From NCBI GenBank assembly GCA_035708405.1, contig DASSSQ010000148.1:1-63726 (forward strand): a stretch of DNA of 63,726 nt, read 5' to 3'. The notes beneath the pieces are model-generated. The model made no database searches and had not been told where the DNA came from. It saw only the letters and a list, made by a program, of their open reading frames with translations. The stretch's first letter is position 1. Each line of letters begins with the position of its first letter. Positions 43,746-55,100 of this stretch are shown one piece after another. The translations under genes and the position numbers were made by a program. This DNA is from Gaiellaceae bacterium. Lineage in GTDB: Bacteria > Actinomycetota > Thermoleophilia > Gaiellales > Gaiellaceae.

Positions 43746-44228
43746 GTGCAAACGCCCGAGTACCTGCCGGACGAGCCGCCGGAGCCGGATCCGTACGAGC
43801 CCGCCGACTACCCGCGCCCGGCGGTGCCGATGCCGGGACTCGGCGAGCGGCTGACCTGGCTCTCGGGGCTCGTGCTCGCGCTCTCGGCGTTCATGGGCTG
43901 GTACACCGGCTCCGGCGAGGGGCTGCGGATCGCGGTCATCGGCTGGCACACCGGCGTCCTCGGCAAGCTCGTCTTCTTCATCGGCCTCGCGCTGATCGCG
44001 CTCGTGCTGCTCCGCGAGGCGGGGATCGAGCCGCCGGCGGCGGTGCCGGCGAGCCTGATCGTGATCGCGCTCGGCGCGCTCGCGACGATCTTCGCGCTGA
44101 TCCGGATCATCACGATCCCGCAGGATCTGCTGCCCGCCGACGGCCGCGGCGTCGGCATCTGGATCAGCCTCGTCGCCGCCCTGCTCGCGATCGTCGCCGG
44201 GATCGTGCGCGCATCCGAAGAGATGTGA
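43746..44228 (+). CDS. hypothetical integral membrane protein with a Pro/Glu-rich N-terminus
   Basis: 160 aa with a GTG start, about 4 TM helices after PEYLPDEPPEPDPYEPADYPRP. Confidence 0.55.
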   Translation: MQTPEYLPDEPPEPDPYEPADYPRPAVPMPGLGERLTWLSGLVLALSAFMGWYTGSGEGLRIAVIGWHTGVLGKLVFFIGLALIALVLLREAGIEPPAAVPASLIVIALGALATIFALIRIITIPQDLLPADGRGVGIWISLVAALLAIVAGIVRASEEM

Positions 44229-44718
44229 CCGCCGCCAGGCCGAGCAGGGTGCCGAGCGCCGCGCCGGCCAGCACGTCGTAGGGCCAGTGGACGCCGACGT
44301 AGAGCCGCGAGAAGCCGATCGCGGCGGCGAGCAGGTAGAGGCCCGGCGCGAGCCGCGGCGCGAACCAGGCGAGCAGGGTCGCGCCCGCGAAGCTCGTCGT
44401 CGTGTGCCCCGACGGGAACGAGCCGTCGTACGGCACCGCGAGGAGCGCGTGCCCGAGGTGCGGCCGCGGCCGGCCGACGGCGACCTTGATCCCGTAGGCG
44501 ACGAGGTCGGCGGCCCAGACGAGCGGGATCGTCCAGAGGATCGCCGGTCGCCGCCGGAGCAGCGCGAGCACGAGCGCGATCGCGATCCAGACCGCGCCCG
44601 TCTGGCCGATCCGCGAGAGCCAGACGAAGACGTCGTCGAGCGCGTCGACGCGGTGCTCGACGATCCAGCGCTCGGCGCCGTGGTCGCTCAGCTTCCCGCT
44701 CCGGCGGGCGCGGAGCAC
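44164..44718 (-). CDS. PAP2-family phosphatase (undecaprenyl-diphosphatase-like)
   Basis: 184 aa with KVAVGRPRP, SFPSGHTTTSFAGA and SRLYVGVHWPYDVLAG (the three PAP2 motifs). It converges with and overlaps the previous gene by 65 nt, so the exact ends are uncertain. Confidence 0.75.
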   Translation of the reverse strand: MLRARRSGKLSDHGAERWIVEHRVDALDDVFVWLSRIGQTGAVWIAIALVLALLRRRPAILWTIPLVWAADLVAYGIKVAVGRPRPHLGHALLAVPYDGSFPSGHTTTSFAGATLLAWFAPRLAPGLYLLAAAIGFSRLYVGVHWPYDVLAGAALGTLLGLAAVTSLRMRARSRRRSRAGRRRG

Positions 44719-44757
44719 CCGCCTCCGCTCATGGACGGCTCCGTCAAGCCTACGCCG

Positions 44758-45345
44758 TCAGCGCGGGAGCAGCTGCTTCGTCGACTCGATCAGCTGCTGC
44801 GGGTCGAACGGCTTGCCGATGAAGCCCTGGGCGCCGCGCGCGGCGACGTCGGCCTCGTCGACCTTGCCGCTGAACATGATCACCGGGATCGAGCCGACGC
44901 CGTGCCGCTCCTGCACGCGGCGCAGCATCTCCCAGCCGTCGACGCCGGGCATCATCACGTCGAGCAGGATCAGGTCGGGCGCCTGCTCCTCGACGCGGAC
45001 GAGTCCCTCGTCGGCGTCGCCGGCCTCGACCACCGAGTAGCCCTCCATCTCCAGGTTGACGCGGACGAACTCGCGCAGCCGCTCGTCGTCGTCGACGATC
45101 AGGACGACCGGCCGCGCCTCGTGGCCCCCGGGGCCGGAGCGCTCGAGGAACTGCTCGAGGTCGTGGCGCCGGTAGCGGCGATGGCCGCCGGGCGTGTAGA
45201 AGGCTGGGACGCGGCCCTGGTCGGACCATTTCCGGATCGTGCTCTGCGCGACGCCGAGGAACTTGGCGGCCTGGCCGAGCGTCAGCCAGTCCGGCTCGCT
45301 CGCCGGGGCGCGGCGTGACCCTCCGGGTGTGCGGTCGTAGCTCAT
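44758..45345 (-). CDS. response regulator with an N-terminal excisionase/MerR-type HTH and a C-terminal receiver
   Basis: 195 aa with the HTH LTLGQAAKFLGVAQSTIRKWSDQGRVPAFYTPGGHRRYRRHDLEQFL, then VLIVDDDERLREF...PDLILLDVMMPGVDG...FIGKPF. Confidence 0.8.
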   Translation of the reverse strand: MSYDRTPGGSRRAPASEPDWLTLGQAAKFLGVAQSTIRKWSDQGRVPAFYTPGGHRRYRRHDLEQFLERSGPGGHEARPVVLIVDDDERLREFVRVNLEMEGYSVVEAGDADEGLVRVEEQAPDLILLDVMMPGVDGWEMLRRVQERHGVGSIPVIMFSGKVDEADVAARGAQGFIGKPFDPQQLIESTKQLLPR

Positions 45346-45354
45346 CGCCTACGG

Positions 45355-45383
45355 AATCTATCCAAACCTCCCGGTTCCTTAAA
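45355..45383 (-). promoter_or_regulatory. promoter candidate TTTAAG-N17-TAGATT positioned for a leaderless transcript
   Basis: Read on the minus strand. The -10 ends 9 nt before the ATG at 45345 and there is no Shine-Dalgarno in between. Confidence 0.3.
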
Positions 45384-45403
45384 CGAACGGGAGCCGTGGG
45401 CGG

Positions 45404-45604
45404 TTACGGCGAGGTGGTGACGGTGACCGTCTCGCGCGCGGGCGGCAGCGGCAGCGGCCGGAGCGTGCGGACGCGCGTCTGCGTGCCGCCGGGCCGCGGG
45501 TTGTCGTGGAGCGCCTCGCCGACGGCGACGCCGAGCGCGAAGAGGACGGCGCCGGCGACGATCAGGGCGGCGACGCGGCCGCGACGGATGCGCCTACGGC
45601 TCAT
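45404..45604 (-). CDS. 66-aa membrane-anchored small protein
   Basis: An ATGA overlap with the upstream gene. The sequence is MSRRRIRRGRVAALIVAGAVLFALGVAVGEALHDNPRPGGTQTRVRTLRPLPLPPARETVTVTTSP. Confidence 0.45.
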   Translation of the reverse strand: MSRRRIRRGRVAALIVAGAVLFALGVAVGEALHDNPRPGGTQTRVRTLRPLPLPPARETVTVTTSP

Positions 45605-45918
45605 GGCGCGTAGTCGACGGCGCCGCGCGCGTAGAGGCCGAAGGCGGCGTCGGTGACGAGGGCGGCGTGCCGCTCCCAGCCGGGCGCCTCGTCCGCGCGC
45701 TCGAGCGCGTCCAGGTTCCAGGCCTCGGCGCCGTAGTAGGCGCGCACGAGCGCGTCGAGGCTGTAGCTCGCGCCGACGCGGCGGCGGAGCTCGCCGACGA
45801 GGAACTCGACCTGGTCGACGAGCCGGTGGTAGAGCGGCGGGTCGCGGCGCAGCTCCTCGAGGCGCCGCTGCGCCGCCTCCCACTGCTGCCGCGCGATCTC
45901 GACCTCCGGCGACGGCAT
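45601..45918 (-). CDS. hypothetical protein (105 aa)
   Basis: MPSPEVEIARQQWEAAQRRLEELRRDPPLYHRLVDQVEFLVGELRRRVGASYSLDALVRAYYGAEAWNLDAL. Protein-like composition, no recognised domain. Confidence 0.55.
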   Translation of the reverse strand: MPSPEVEIARQQWEAAQRRLEELRRDPPLYHRLVDQVEFLVGELRRRVGASYSLDALVRAYYGAEAWNLDALERADEAPGWERHAALVTDAAFGLYARGAVDYAP

Positions 45919-45925
45919 GGGAGGA

Positions 45926-46414
45926 TCATAGGTCGGCGCTGCAGCAGCGCTCCGCCGGCCAGAGCGGCTCGACCTCCGCGAGGATGCGCGCGCCCAGCTC
46001 GTAGCCGCCGCGCGCGAGCGCGAACGCGGCGTGCGCGTGCAGGCACTTGAGGCTGCCGGCGCGGCCCGAACCGGCGATGCCGAGGTCGAGGCCGGGTCCC
46101 TCGCGCCCGCCCGCGAGCTCGCGCCGCAGCCGCCGCTGCTCGTCGTCGGCCGCCGCGCGGCTCGCCGCGAGCGCGGGATCGTCCGCCGCCGCGCGCGTCC
46201 AGCGCTCGACGCCGCCGGCCGCCTCCAGGCGCGCGATCGCCGCGACGAGCCACGGGCACGTGAGGTAGAAGGTGGTCGGGAACGGCTCGCCGCGCTCGTC
46301 GAAGGGCGCCTGCTCGGTCACCGCGGGACGGCCCCAGGGACAGCGGACGGCGACGCGGCGGAGCGCCCGTGGCTCGCGGCCGAGCTGGCGCGCGACGACC
46401 GCCCGATCGTCCAT
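45926..46414 (-). CDS. DUF501-domain protein
   Basis: 162 aa: VVARQLGREPRALRRVAVRCPWGRPAVTEQAPFDERGEPFPTTFYLTCPWLVAAIARLEAAGG...LKCLHAHAAF. The position after ftsB matches the conserved actinobacterial eno-ftsB-DUF501 order. Confidence 0.7.
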   Translation of the reverse strand: MDDRAVVARQLGREPRALRRVAVRCPWGRPAVTEQAPFDERGEPFPTTFYLTCPWLVAAIARLEAAGGVERWTRAAADDPALAASRAAADDEQRRLRRELAGGREGPGLDLGIAGSGRAGSLKCLHAHAAFALARGGYELGARILAEVEPLWPAERCCSADL

Positions 46415-46423
46415 CGTCCCAGG

Positions 46424-46750
46424 CTACTTCGCGCCGCGCTGGGCGCGCCGCCAGGCGGCGATGCCCTTGACGATGAAGAGCCGCTCGCCCGGCTTGACGA
46501 GCGAGAGCTGCATCCGGGCCGCGCGCGCGAGCGACTCCGGCGTGCCCGCGGTCGCGAGCTGCCGCTCGAGCTTGCGCTTCTCCGCCTGCAGGCCCTGCAC
46601 GGCGGCCGCGCGCCGGCTCAGCTCGCCGTTCGTGTCCAGGTAGGCGCGCAGCGGGTGGTAGTAGAGGAAGGCAACCGCCGCGAGGCCGGCGGCGAGCAGG
46701 GCGCGGCGGCGCGGGAAGCGGCGGAGCGGAGCGCGACGACGGCGGGCCAC
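46424..46750 (-). CDS. ftsB: septum formation initiator FtsB/DivIC family protein
   Basis: 108 aa with a basic N-terminus, one TM helix, a coiled coil (VQGLQAEKRKLERQL), then ESLARAARMQLSLVKPGERLFIV. Confidence 0.75.
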   Translation of the reverse strand: MARRRRAPLRRFPRRRALLAAGLAAVAFLYYHPLRAYLDTNGELSRRAAAVQGLQAEKRKLERQLATAGTPESLARAARMQLSLVKPGERLFIVKGIAAWRRAQRGAK

Positions 46751-46775
46751 GGGCGAGGATTCGCCGCCTGCGGGG

Positions 46776-47258
46776 TCATGTCCTGCGGACGGCGACGATC
46801 GCGGCCGCGCCGGGTGTCGTCAGCAGCTCGACCGCGACGAGCCGCGGGTCGCGCAGCAGCAGCTCGCGCACCGGGTCGCCGTCGATCGCGCGCCCGGGCG
46901 TCATGTCGTCCTTGACGAGGATCCCGCCCGGCGCGAGCAGGTCGACCACGCTCCCGTCGATGTCCCCGGCGTCGAAGAAGACGACGTCGAACGGCGCCCG
47001 CTGGGGCAGCACGTCCTGCCAGCGGCCCGCGAGCGCCTCGACCGCGAGGCCGGCGAGCCGGGCGCGGGCGGCGGCCGCGCGCTCCGGATCGGCCTCGCAG
47101 GTGACAAAGGAGGCGCCCGGCCCGAGCGCCGCCGCGATCGCCTCGGCGCCGTCGCCCCACGACGTGCCGGCCTCGGCGATCCTCCCCGCCGGCTTGGCGG
47201 CGACGAGTGTCGCGAGCAGCCGCTGCACCTCCGGGATCGAGTAGGCGCCGGCGGTCAC
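46776..47258 (-). CDS. class I SAM-dependent O-methyltransferase (family 3-like, short)
   Basis: 160 aa with a GTG start and the motifs RIAEAGTSWGDGAEAIAAAL, FDVVFFDAGD and LLAPGGILVKDDM. Confidence 0.6.
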   Translation of the reverse strand: MTAGAYSIPEVQRLLATLVAAKPAGRIAEAGTSWGDGAEAIAAALGPGASFVTCEADPERAAAARARLAGLAVEALAGRWQDVLPQRAPFDVVFFDAGDIDGSVVDLLAPGGILVKDDMTPGRAIDGDPVRELLLRDPRLVAVELLTTPGAAAIVAVRRT

Positions 47259-47333
47259 GAGGCGAACGCTACCGATCCACGAGCTTTTCTTAGATTTCGG
47301 CGGTTTGATCCGGGCCGATGATGCGGCCGTCGC

Positions 47334-48746
47334 CTACGCGACCTCGACCTTGATCACGTTCGTCGAGCCGGGCATGTTGACCGCGGTGCCGGCGGTGATC
47401 ACGACCCGGTCGCCGGGCTCGACGAGACCGGAGCGGCGGGCCGCCTCGAGCGAGCGCGACCAGAGGTCCTCGACGTCGCGCGTCTCCTCGATCAGGAGCG
47501 GCGTCACCCCCCACTCCAGCGCCATCTGCCGCACCGACCACTCGTGGTGGGTCAGCGCGATGATCGGCCGCCGCGGCCGCAGCCGCGCGACCGCGGAGGC
47601 GGTGCGGCCGGTGAAGGTCGGGACGAGGATCGCCGCGGCGTGCAGCGCTTCGGCGAGGTCGCAGGCCGCGTTCGACATCGCCTGGCCGACCGTCGGCTCC
47701 TCGCTCGCCTCCGGCAGCTCGTGCCGGTAGCCGAGCGACGGCTCGACGGCGCGCGCGATCCGGTCCATCGTCTGCACCGCCTCGATCGCGTAGCGGCCGA
47801 CGGCGGTCTCGCCGGAGAGCATCACCGCCGAGGTGCCGTCGAGGACGGCGTTCGCGACGTCGGAGGCCTCGGCGCGCGTCGGCTCCGGGTGGTGCACCAT
47901 CGACTCGAGCATCTGCGTCGCCGTGATCACCGGCTTGCCGAGCTCGAGCGAGCGCAGGATGATCCGCTTCTGGATCAGCGGCACGAGCGCCGGGCCGATC
48001 TCGACGCCGAGGTCGCCGCGCGCGACCATCACCGCGTCCGACTCGAGCAGCACCTCGTCGAGCGCGTCGACCGCCTCCGACTTCTCGATCTTCGCGATCA
48101 CGTGCGCCTGCGAGCCCGCCTGCGCGATCAGCGCCTTCAGGTCGCGCACGTCGGCGGCCGCCCGCACGAACGAGAGCGCCACGTAGTCGACGTCGAGCCC
48201 GAGCGCGAACTCGAGGTCGGCGAGGTCCTTGCGCGTCAGCGACGGGATCGGCACCGGCACGCCGGGCAGGTTGACGCCCTTGTGCGAGGACACGACGCCG
48301 CCGACGAGGACGGCGCAGCGCGCGCGGCCGCGCTCGACCTCCTCGACGCGCAGGCGGACGAGCCCGTCGTCGATCAGCACGTCGTGGCCGGGCTGCAGCA
48401 CCTCGCCGATCACCTCGGGCGCGACCGGCAGCTCCGAGTCCTGCGCCGCGCGCTCGCCGCAGACGACGACCTCGTCACCCTGGACGAGCGTGCGCGGCTC
48501 CTCCAGGTCGCCGACGCGCAGCTTCGGACCCTGCAGGTCGGCCATCGCCGAGAGCGGCCTGCCGAGCTCCTCCTGCACCGCGCGGACGGTGCGGATCCGC
48601 TCGGCGTGCTCGGCGTGCGCGCCGTGCGAGAAGTTGAGCCGGAACGCGTCGACGCCCGCGCGTGCGAGCGCCGTCACCGCCTCGCGCGACGACGAGGCCG
48701 GCCCGAGCGTCGCGACGATCTTCGTCTTGCGGGGAGCGTCGCTCAC
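47334..48746 (-). CDS. pyk: pyruvate kinase
   Basis: 470 aa with KIVATLGPAS, FRLNFSHG, MVARGDLGVEI and TQMLESM. Confidence 0.9.
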   Translation of the reverse strand: MSDAPRKTKIVATLGPASSSREAVTALARAGVDAFRLNFSHGAHAEHAERIRTVRAVQEELGRPLSAMADLQGPKLRVGDLEEPRTLVQGDEVVVCGERAAQDSELPVAPEVIGEVLQPGHDVLIDDGLVRLRVEEVERGRARCAVLVGGVVSSHKGVNLPGVPVPIPSLTRKDLADLEFALGLDVDYVALSFVRAAADVRDLKALIAQAGSQAHVIAKIEKSEAVDALDEVLLESDAVMVARGDLGVEIGPALVPLIQKRIILRSLELGKPVITATQMLESMVHHPEPTRAEASDVANAVLDGTSAVMLSGETAVGRYAIEAVQTMDRIARAVEPSLGYRHELPEASEEPTVGQAMSNAACDLAEALHAAAILVPTFTGRTASAVARLRPRRPIIALTHHEWSVRQMALEWGVTPLLIEETRDVEDLWSRSLEAARRSGLVEPGDRVVITAGTAVNMPGSTNVIKVEVA

Positions 48747-48755
48747 CCGGTCAGG

Positions 48756-50789
<2,034 letters not shown>

Positions 50790-51830
50790 CTAGCCGGCGG
50801 TCGACGTCGACGCGGTCTGCGTCTTCAGCGTCTCGCAGGGGTCCGGGCTCGGCGTGAAGCCCTTCTGGTAGGAGACCTTGGAGCCGGAGCAGTACTCCTT
50901 CTCCGTCTTCGTCACCCACGCGTTCATCGCCGCGCTCTTCTTCTGCTGCAGCAGCTGCTGCTTGATCGAGGCCGCGACCTGGCTCTCCGGCGTCGTCTTC
51001 GCCGGCTTGATCGGGCTCAGCGCCTGGATCACGTGCCAGCCGTAGGTCGAGTGCACCGGCTTCGAGATCTCGTTCGTCTTCAGCGAGAAGGCGGCGCGGT
51101 CGAACTCGGGCACCGTCTGGCCCTTCGAGACGGTCAGCTTGCCGCCGTTCGCCTTCGAGCCGGGATCCTGCGAGTACTTCTTCGCGAGCGCCGCGAAGCT
51201 GGCGCCGTTCTTCAGCTGCACCTCGATCTGGTCGGCCAGCTTCTTCGTCTTGACGAGGATGTGGCGGACCTCGCGGCTCGGCGGCTGCACGTACGACTGC
51301 GGGTGCGCCTTGTAGTAGGCGTGCACCTCGGCGTCGCTGACCTTGACGTCGGTCGTCACCTTGTTCGTGATCGCGTCGTCGATCAGCTGCTGCTTGATCT
51401 GCTCGCGCACCTGCGCGTCGGTCAGCCCCTGCTTCTTCAGCTGCGCCTGGTAGTTCTTCTCGCTGCCGCCGAAGTACTGCTTCTTGATCTGGTCGAGGCG
51501 GGCCGAGACCTGCTTGTCGCTGACGGAGATGCCGAGGCTCTTCGCCTTCTGCGTGCGCTCGGTCTGCTGGACGAGCAGCGTCACCGCCTGGCTCTTGATC
51601 GAGGAGTACTCCGCCGTCCCCGTCTTCGGGAACTTGCGGCCCTGCGCCTGGTAGTTCTTCTGGGCGCTCTGCATCAGATCGTCGAACTGCTGCTTCGTGA
51701 TCTGCGCGCCGCCGACGACGGCGACGTCGCTCGCGCCGAGCTTGGCGGTCGAGGAGGAGCCGCCGCAGGCGGCGAGCGCGACGACCAGGGCGATCAGGGC
51801 AGGGAGGGCGAGGTAACGCTGGATCTTCAT
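50790..51830 (-). CDS. PrsA/SurA-like parvulin peptidyl-prolyl isomerase lipoprotein
   Basis: 346 aa with the lipobox VVALAAC and the parvulin domain EVRHILVKTKKLADQI...SQDPGSKANGGKL...PEFDRAAF...STYGWHVIQ. Confidence 0.8.
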   Translation of the reverse strand: MKIQRYLALPALIALVVALAACGGSSSTAKLGASDVAVVGGAQITKQQFDDLMQSAQKNYQAQGRKFPKTGTAEYSSIKSQAVTLLVQQTERTQKAKSLGISVSDKQVSARLDQIKKQYFGGSEKNYQAQLKKQGLTDAQVREQIKQQLIDDAITNKVTTDVKVSDAEVHAYYKAHPQSYVQPPSREVRHILVKTKKLADQIEVQLKNGASFAALAKKYSQDPGSKANGGKLTVSKGQTVPEFDRAAFSLKTNEISKPVHSTYGWHVIQALSPIKPAKTTPESQVAASIKQQLLQQKKSAAMNAWVTKTEKEYCSGSKVSYQKGFTPSPDPCETLKTQTASTSTAG

Positions 51831-51854
51831 GAAAAGGAACCTTCCGCGGGGATT

Positions 51855-54800
51855 TCACGCAGCTTGTCGGGCGGCCAGGATAGCATCGACCAGATCGAGC
51901 GCCGGCTTGAATTCCTCGCTGCGTAGAGCCACCTCGCGCTTCGCGGAGGAGTAGACGGCGGTGCCGACCGAGTCGCGCAGTTCCCGCAGCTCCTCGGAGC
52001 CGAGCACGAGCGGCCCGACCGACGCGCGGCCGCCGCGGAAGACGAGGTAGTCGGCGCCGAGCCGCGCCAGCTTCAGCTTCGCGTCCTGGATCGCGAACAG
52101 GCTCTGCACCGGCTCCGGCAGCGGGCCGTAGCGATCCTCGACGGAGGCCTCGAGCTCGCGCAGCTCGTCCTCGTCCTCGGTCAGCGCGAGCCGCCGGTGC
52201 AGGTCGATCTTCAGCGCCTCGGAGCCGATGTAGGAGGCCGGCACGTAGGCGTCGATCCGCGCGTCGACGCGCACCGGCCGCGCGGCGGTCCGCCGCTGGC
52301 CGGAGAGCTCCGCCACCGCCTCGTGCAGCATCTCGACGTAGAGCTCGAAGCCGAGGGCGGCCACGTGGCCCGACTGCTCGGCCCCGAGCAGGTCGCCCGC
52401 GCCGCGGATCTCGAGGTCGCGCATCGCGATCGCGAAGCCGGCGCCGAGCTCGGTGTGGTCGGCGAGGGTGGCGAGCCGGGCGCGCGCCTCCGCGGTGAGT
52501 TCGGTCGCATCCGGATAGAAGAGGTACGCGTGCGCGGTCACGTCGGATCGGCCGACGCGGCCGCGGATCTGGTAGAGCTGCGCGAGCCCGAGCTGGTCGG
52601 CGCGCTCGACGATCAACGTGTTCGCCTGCGGGATGTCGAGCCCCGACTCGATGATCGTCGTCGAGACGAGCACGTCGGCGTCGCCGGCGAGGAACTCCAT
52701 CATCTTCGCCTCGAGCTCCTTCTCGGCCATCTGGCCGTGCGCGACGACGGTGCGCAGCTCGGGAGCGAGCTGCGCCAGCTTCGCCGCGGCCTCCTCGATC
52801 GTCTCGACCCGGTTGTGCAGGTAGAAGGACTGCCCGCCTCTTTCCTGCTCGCGCCTCAGCGCGAGCAGGACCAGCTCGTCGTCGAGCTCGCCGACGTAGG
52901 TGCGGATCGGCCGGCGGCCCTCGGGCGGCGTCTCGATCACGGAGATGTCGCGCAGGCCCGACATCGACATGTGCAGCGTGCGCGGGATCGGCGTCGCCGA
53001 GAGCGCGAGCACGTCGACCTCGAGCCGCAGCTGGCGGAGCAGGTCCTTCTGCGCGACGCCGAAGCGCTGCTCCTCGTCGACGATCACGAGCCCGAGGTTC
53101 TGCGCGATCACGTCCCGGCTGAGGATCCGGTGCGTGCCGATCAGGACGTCGACCTTGCCGGCGGCGAAGTCGGCGAGGATCTTCTTCGTCTCGGCCGGCT
53201 TCCGGAAGCGCGAGACCATCTCGACGACGACCGGGAAGTCGCGGTAGCGCGCGCGGAAGGTGTTCCAGTGCTGCTCGGCGAGGATCGTCGTCGGGCAGAG
53301 CATCAGCACCTGGCGGCCGTTGACGGCGACCGCGAAGGCGGCGCGGATCGCGACCTCGGTCTTGCCGAAGCCGACGTCGCCGACGACGAGCCGGTCCATC
53401 GGCCGCGGCGCCTCGAGGTCCTCCTTGACCGCCTCGATCGCCTGCCGCTGGTCCTCGGTCTCGCGGTAGGGGAACTCGGACTCGAGCCGCTCGAGCCACT
53501 CCTGGTCGAGGTCGTAGGCGACGCCGGGGCGCGTCTGGCGCTGCGCGTAGAGGCCGATCAGGTCCATCGCGAGCTCGCGCACGCCCTCGCGCGCGCGCGC
53601 CTTGATCCTGTCCCACGCCTTGCCGCCGAGCTTCGAGAGCGCGGGCGCGGTCGCGTCGGCGCCGATGTAGCGGCTGAGCTTGCCGATCTGCTCGTGCGGC
53701 ACGTAGAGGCGGTCGTCGCCGCGGAAGGCGACGAACAGGTAGTCGCGGGTGACGCCGGCGACCTCCTTCGTCTCGAAGCCGTGGAGGCGGCCGATGCCGT
53801 GGTCCTCGTGGACGACGTAGTCGCCGCTGCGCAGGTCGGCGAAGGACTGCAGCGCCCTGCCGGCGGTCATCGTCGTCGCCCGCGGCGCGCGCTTGCGGAA
53901 GACCTGCGAGTCGGGGAGCAGGACGAGCCCGAGCTCGCGCCAGACGAAGCCGCGGCGGGCGGCCGAGACGGCGAACCGGAGCTCCGCCTCGTCTGCGAGC
54001 TGCTCGCCCTCCTCGAGCGTGCGCGCCTCGACGCGGCGGAGCAGCTGACGGGTGCGCGCGGCCTCGCCGCGGTGCGGGAAGGCGACGACGACGCGGTTCC
54101 CGGAGCGAAGCAGTCCGCCGAGCTCGTTCTCCGCCTCCGCGAGCCCGCGCGCCGCGATCGCGGGCCGCTGCGCCTCGAACGAGAACGTCTGCCCCTGCGG
54201 CAGCGGGTCGAGCAGCGTCGCGCCCTCCAGCGGGACGCCGGCGCCGCGGAAGTCCTCCTCCCAGACCTTCCGCACCTCGTGCACCTCCCAGACGAGGTCC
54301 GGCGGCGCGGCGAGGATCGGCACGAGGTCGTCGGGCGCGGCCTGCGGCGCGTCCTCGTCCTCGCCGGTCTCGAGCTCGTAGAGGTCGGCGAGCCGCTCGG
54401 CGGCGGGGAAGATCGTGCACGCCTCGACCTGGCGGAGCGCGCGCTGCGTGAAGGGCGAGAAGACGCGGATCTGCTCGACCTCGTCGCCGAAGAGCTCGAT
54501 CCGCAGCGGCTCGCGGCCGGTGGTCGGGAAGACGTCGACGAGCCCGCCGCGGACCGCGAACTGGCCGCGCTCCTCGACGCGGTCGACCCGCTCGTAACCG
54601 GCCATGGCGAGCTCCTCGCCGAGGCCGTCGATCCCCGGCTCCTCGCCGGGCGCGACGCGGATCGGCTCGGGCCGCTCGGCCGGCGGCGGCGCGCCCTCGG
54701 CGAGCGCGGTCGCTGAGGCGCAGACGAGCCCTCCGCGCGCGAGCACGTCGAGGGCGCGCGCCCGCTCGCCGACGAGGTGCGGCGGCGGCGCGAGGCCCGA

Positions 54801-55067
54801 GTCCCAGCGGACGCCGCGGCCCGGGAGCAGCCCGACCCGCTCCTCGCCGAGGTACCAGGCGGCGGCCTCGGCGGCGTCGCGGGCATCCGCATCCTCGGCG
54901 AGCAGGCAGACGACCGGGCGCCCGAGCTGCTCGTGCAGCGCCGCGAGCAGCAGCGGCAGCACGGGCTCGGAGACGCGGGCGCGGGTCGGCAGCGCCTCCG
55001 CGAACTGCGGGAGACGCTCGTGCGCGAGCAGCTCGCGGACGAAGGCGTGCAGTACCGGCCGGTCCAT
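51855..55067 (-). CDS. mfd: transcription-repair coupling factor
   Basis: 1070 aa with the CarD-like domain (GDYVVHEDHGIGR), the helicase motifs DVGFGKTEVA, DEEQRFGV and SATPIPRTL, and a TRG/C-terminal domain. Confidence 0.95.
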   Translation of the reverse strand: MDRPVLHAFVRELLAHERLPQFAEALPTRARVSEPVLPLLLAALHEQLGRPVVCLLAEDADARDAAEAAAWYLGEERVGLLPGRGVRWDSGLAPPPHLVGERARALDVLARGGLVCASATALAEGAPPPAERPEPIRVAPGEEPGIDGLGEELAMAGYERVDRVEERGQFAVRGGLVDVFPTTGREPLRIELFGDEVEQIRVFSPFTQRALRQVEACTIFPAAERLADLYELETGEDEDAPQAAPDDLVPILAAPPDLVWEVHEVRKVWEEDFRGAGVPLEGATLLDPLPQGQTFSFEAQRPAIAARGLAEAENELGGLLRSGNRVVVAFPHRGEAARTRQLLRRVEARTLEEGEQLADEAELRFAVSAARRGFVWRELGLVLLPDSQVFRKRAPRATTMTAGRALQSFADLRSGDYVVHEDHGIGRLHGFETKEVAGVTRDYLFVAFRGDDRLYVPHEQIGKLSRYIGADATAPALSKLGGKAWDRIKARAREGVRELAMDLIGLYAQRQTRPGVAYDLDQEWLERLESEFPYRETEDQRQAIEAVKEDLEAPRPMDRLVVGDVGFGKTEVAIRAAFAVAVNGRQVLMLCPTTILAEQHWNTFRARYRDFPVVVEMVSRFRKPAETKKILADFAAGKVDVLIGTHRILSRDVIAQNLGLVIVDEEQRFGVAQKDLLRQLRLEVDVLALSATPIPRTLHMSMSGLRDISVIETPPEGRRPIRTYVGELDDELVLLALRREQERGGQSFYLHNRVETIEEAAAKLAQLAPELRTVVAHGQMAEKELEAKMMEFLAGDADVLVSTTIIESGLDIPQANTLIVERADQLGLAQLYQIRGRVGRSDVTAHAYLFYPDATELTAEARARLATLADHTELGAGFAIAMRDLEIRGAGDLLGAEQSGHVAALGFELYVEMLHEAVAELSGQRRTAARPVRVDARIDAYVPASYIGSEALKIDLHRRLALTEDEDELRELEASVEDRYGPLPEPVQSLFAIQDAKLKLARLGADYLVFRGGRASVGPLVLGSEELRELRDSVGTAVYSSAKREVALRSEEFKPALDLVDAILAARQAA

Positions 55068-55100
55068 GACGGAAGCCCGGGACGCCCGGGCGCCGTCACG

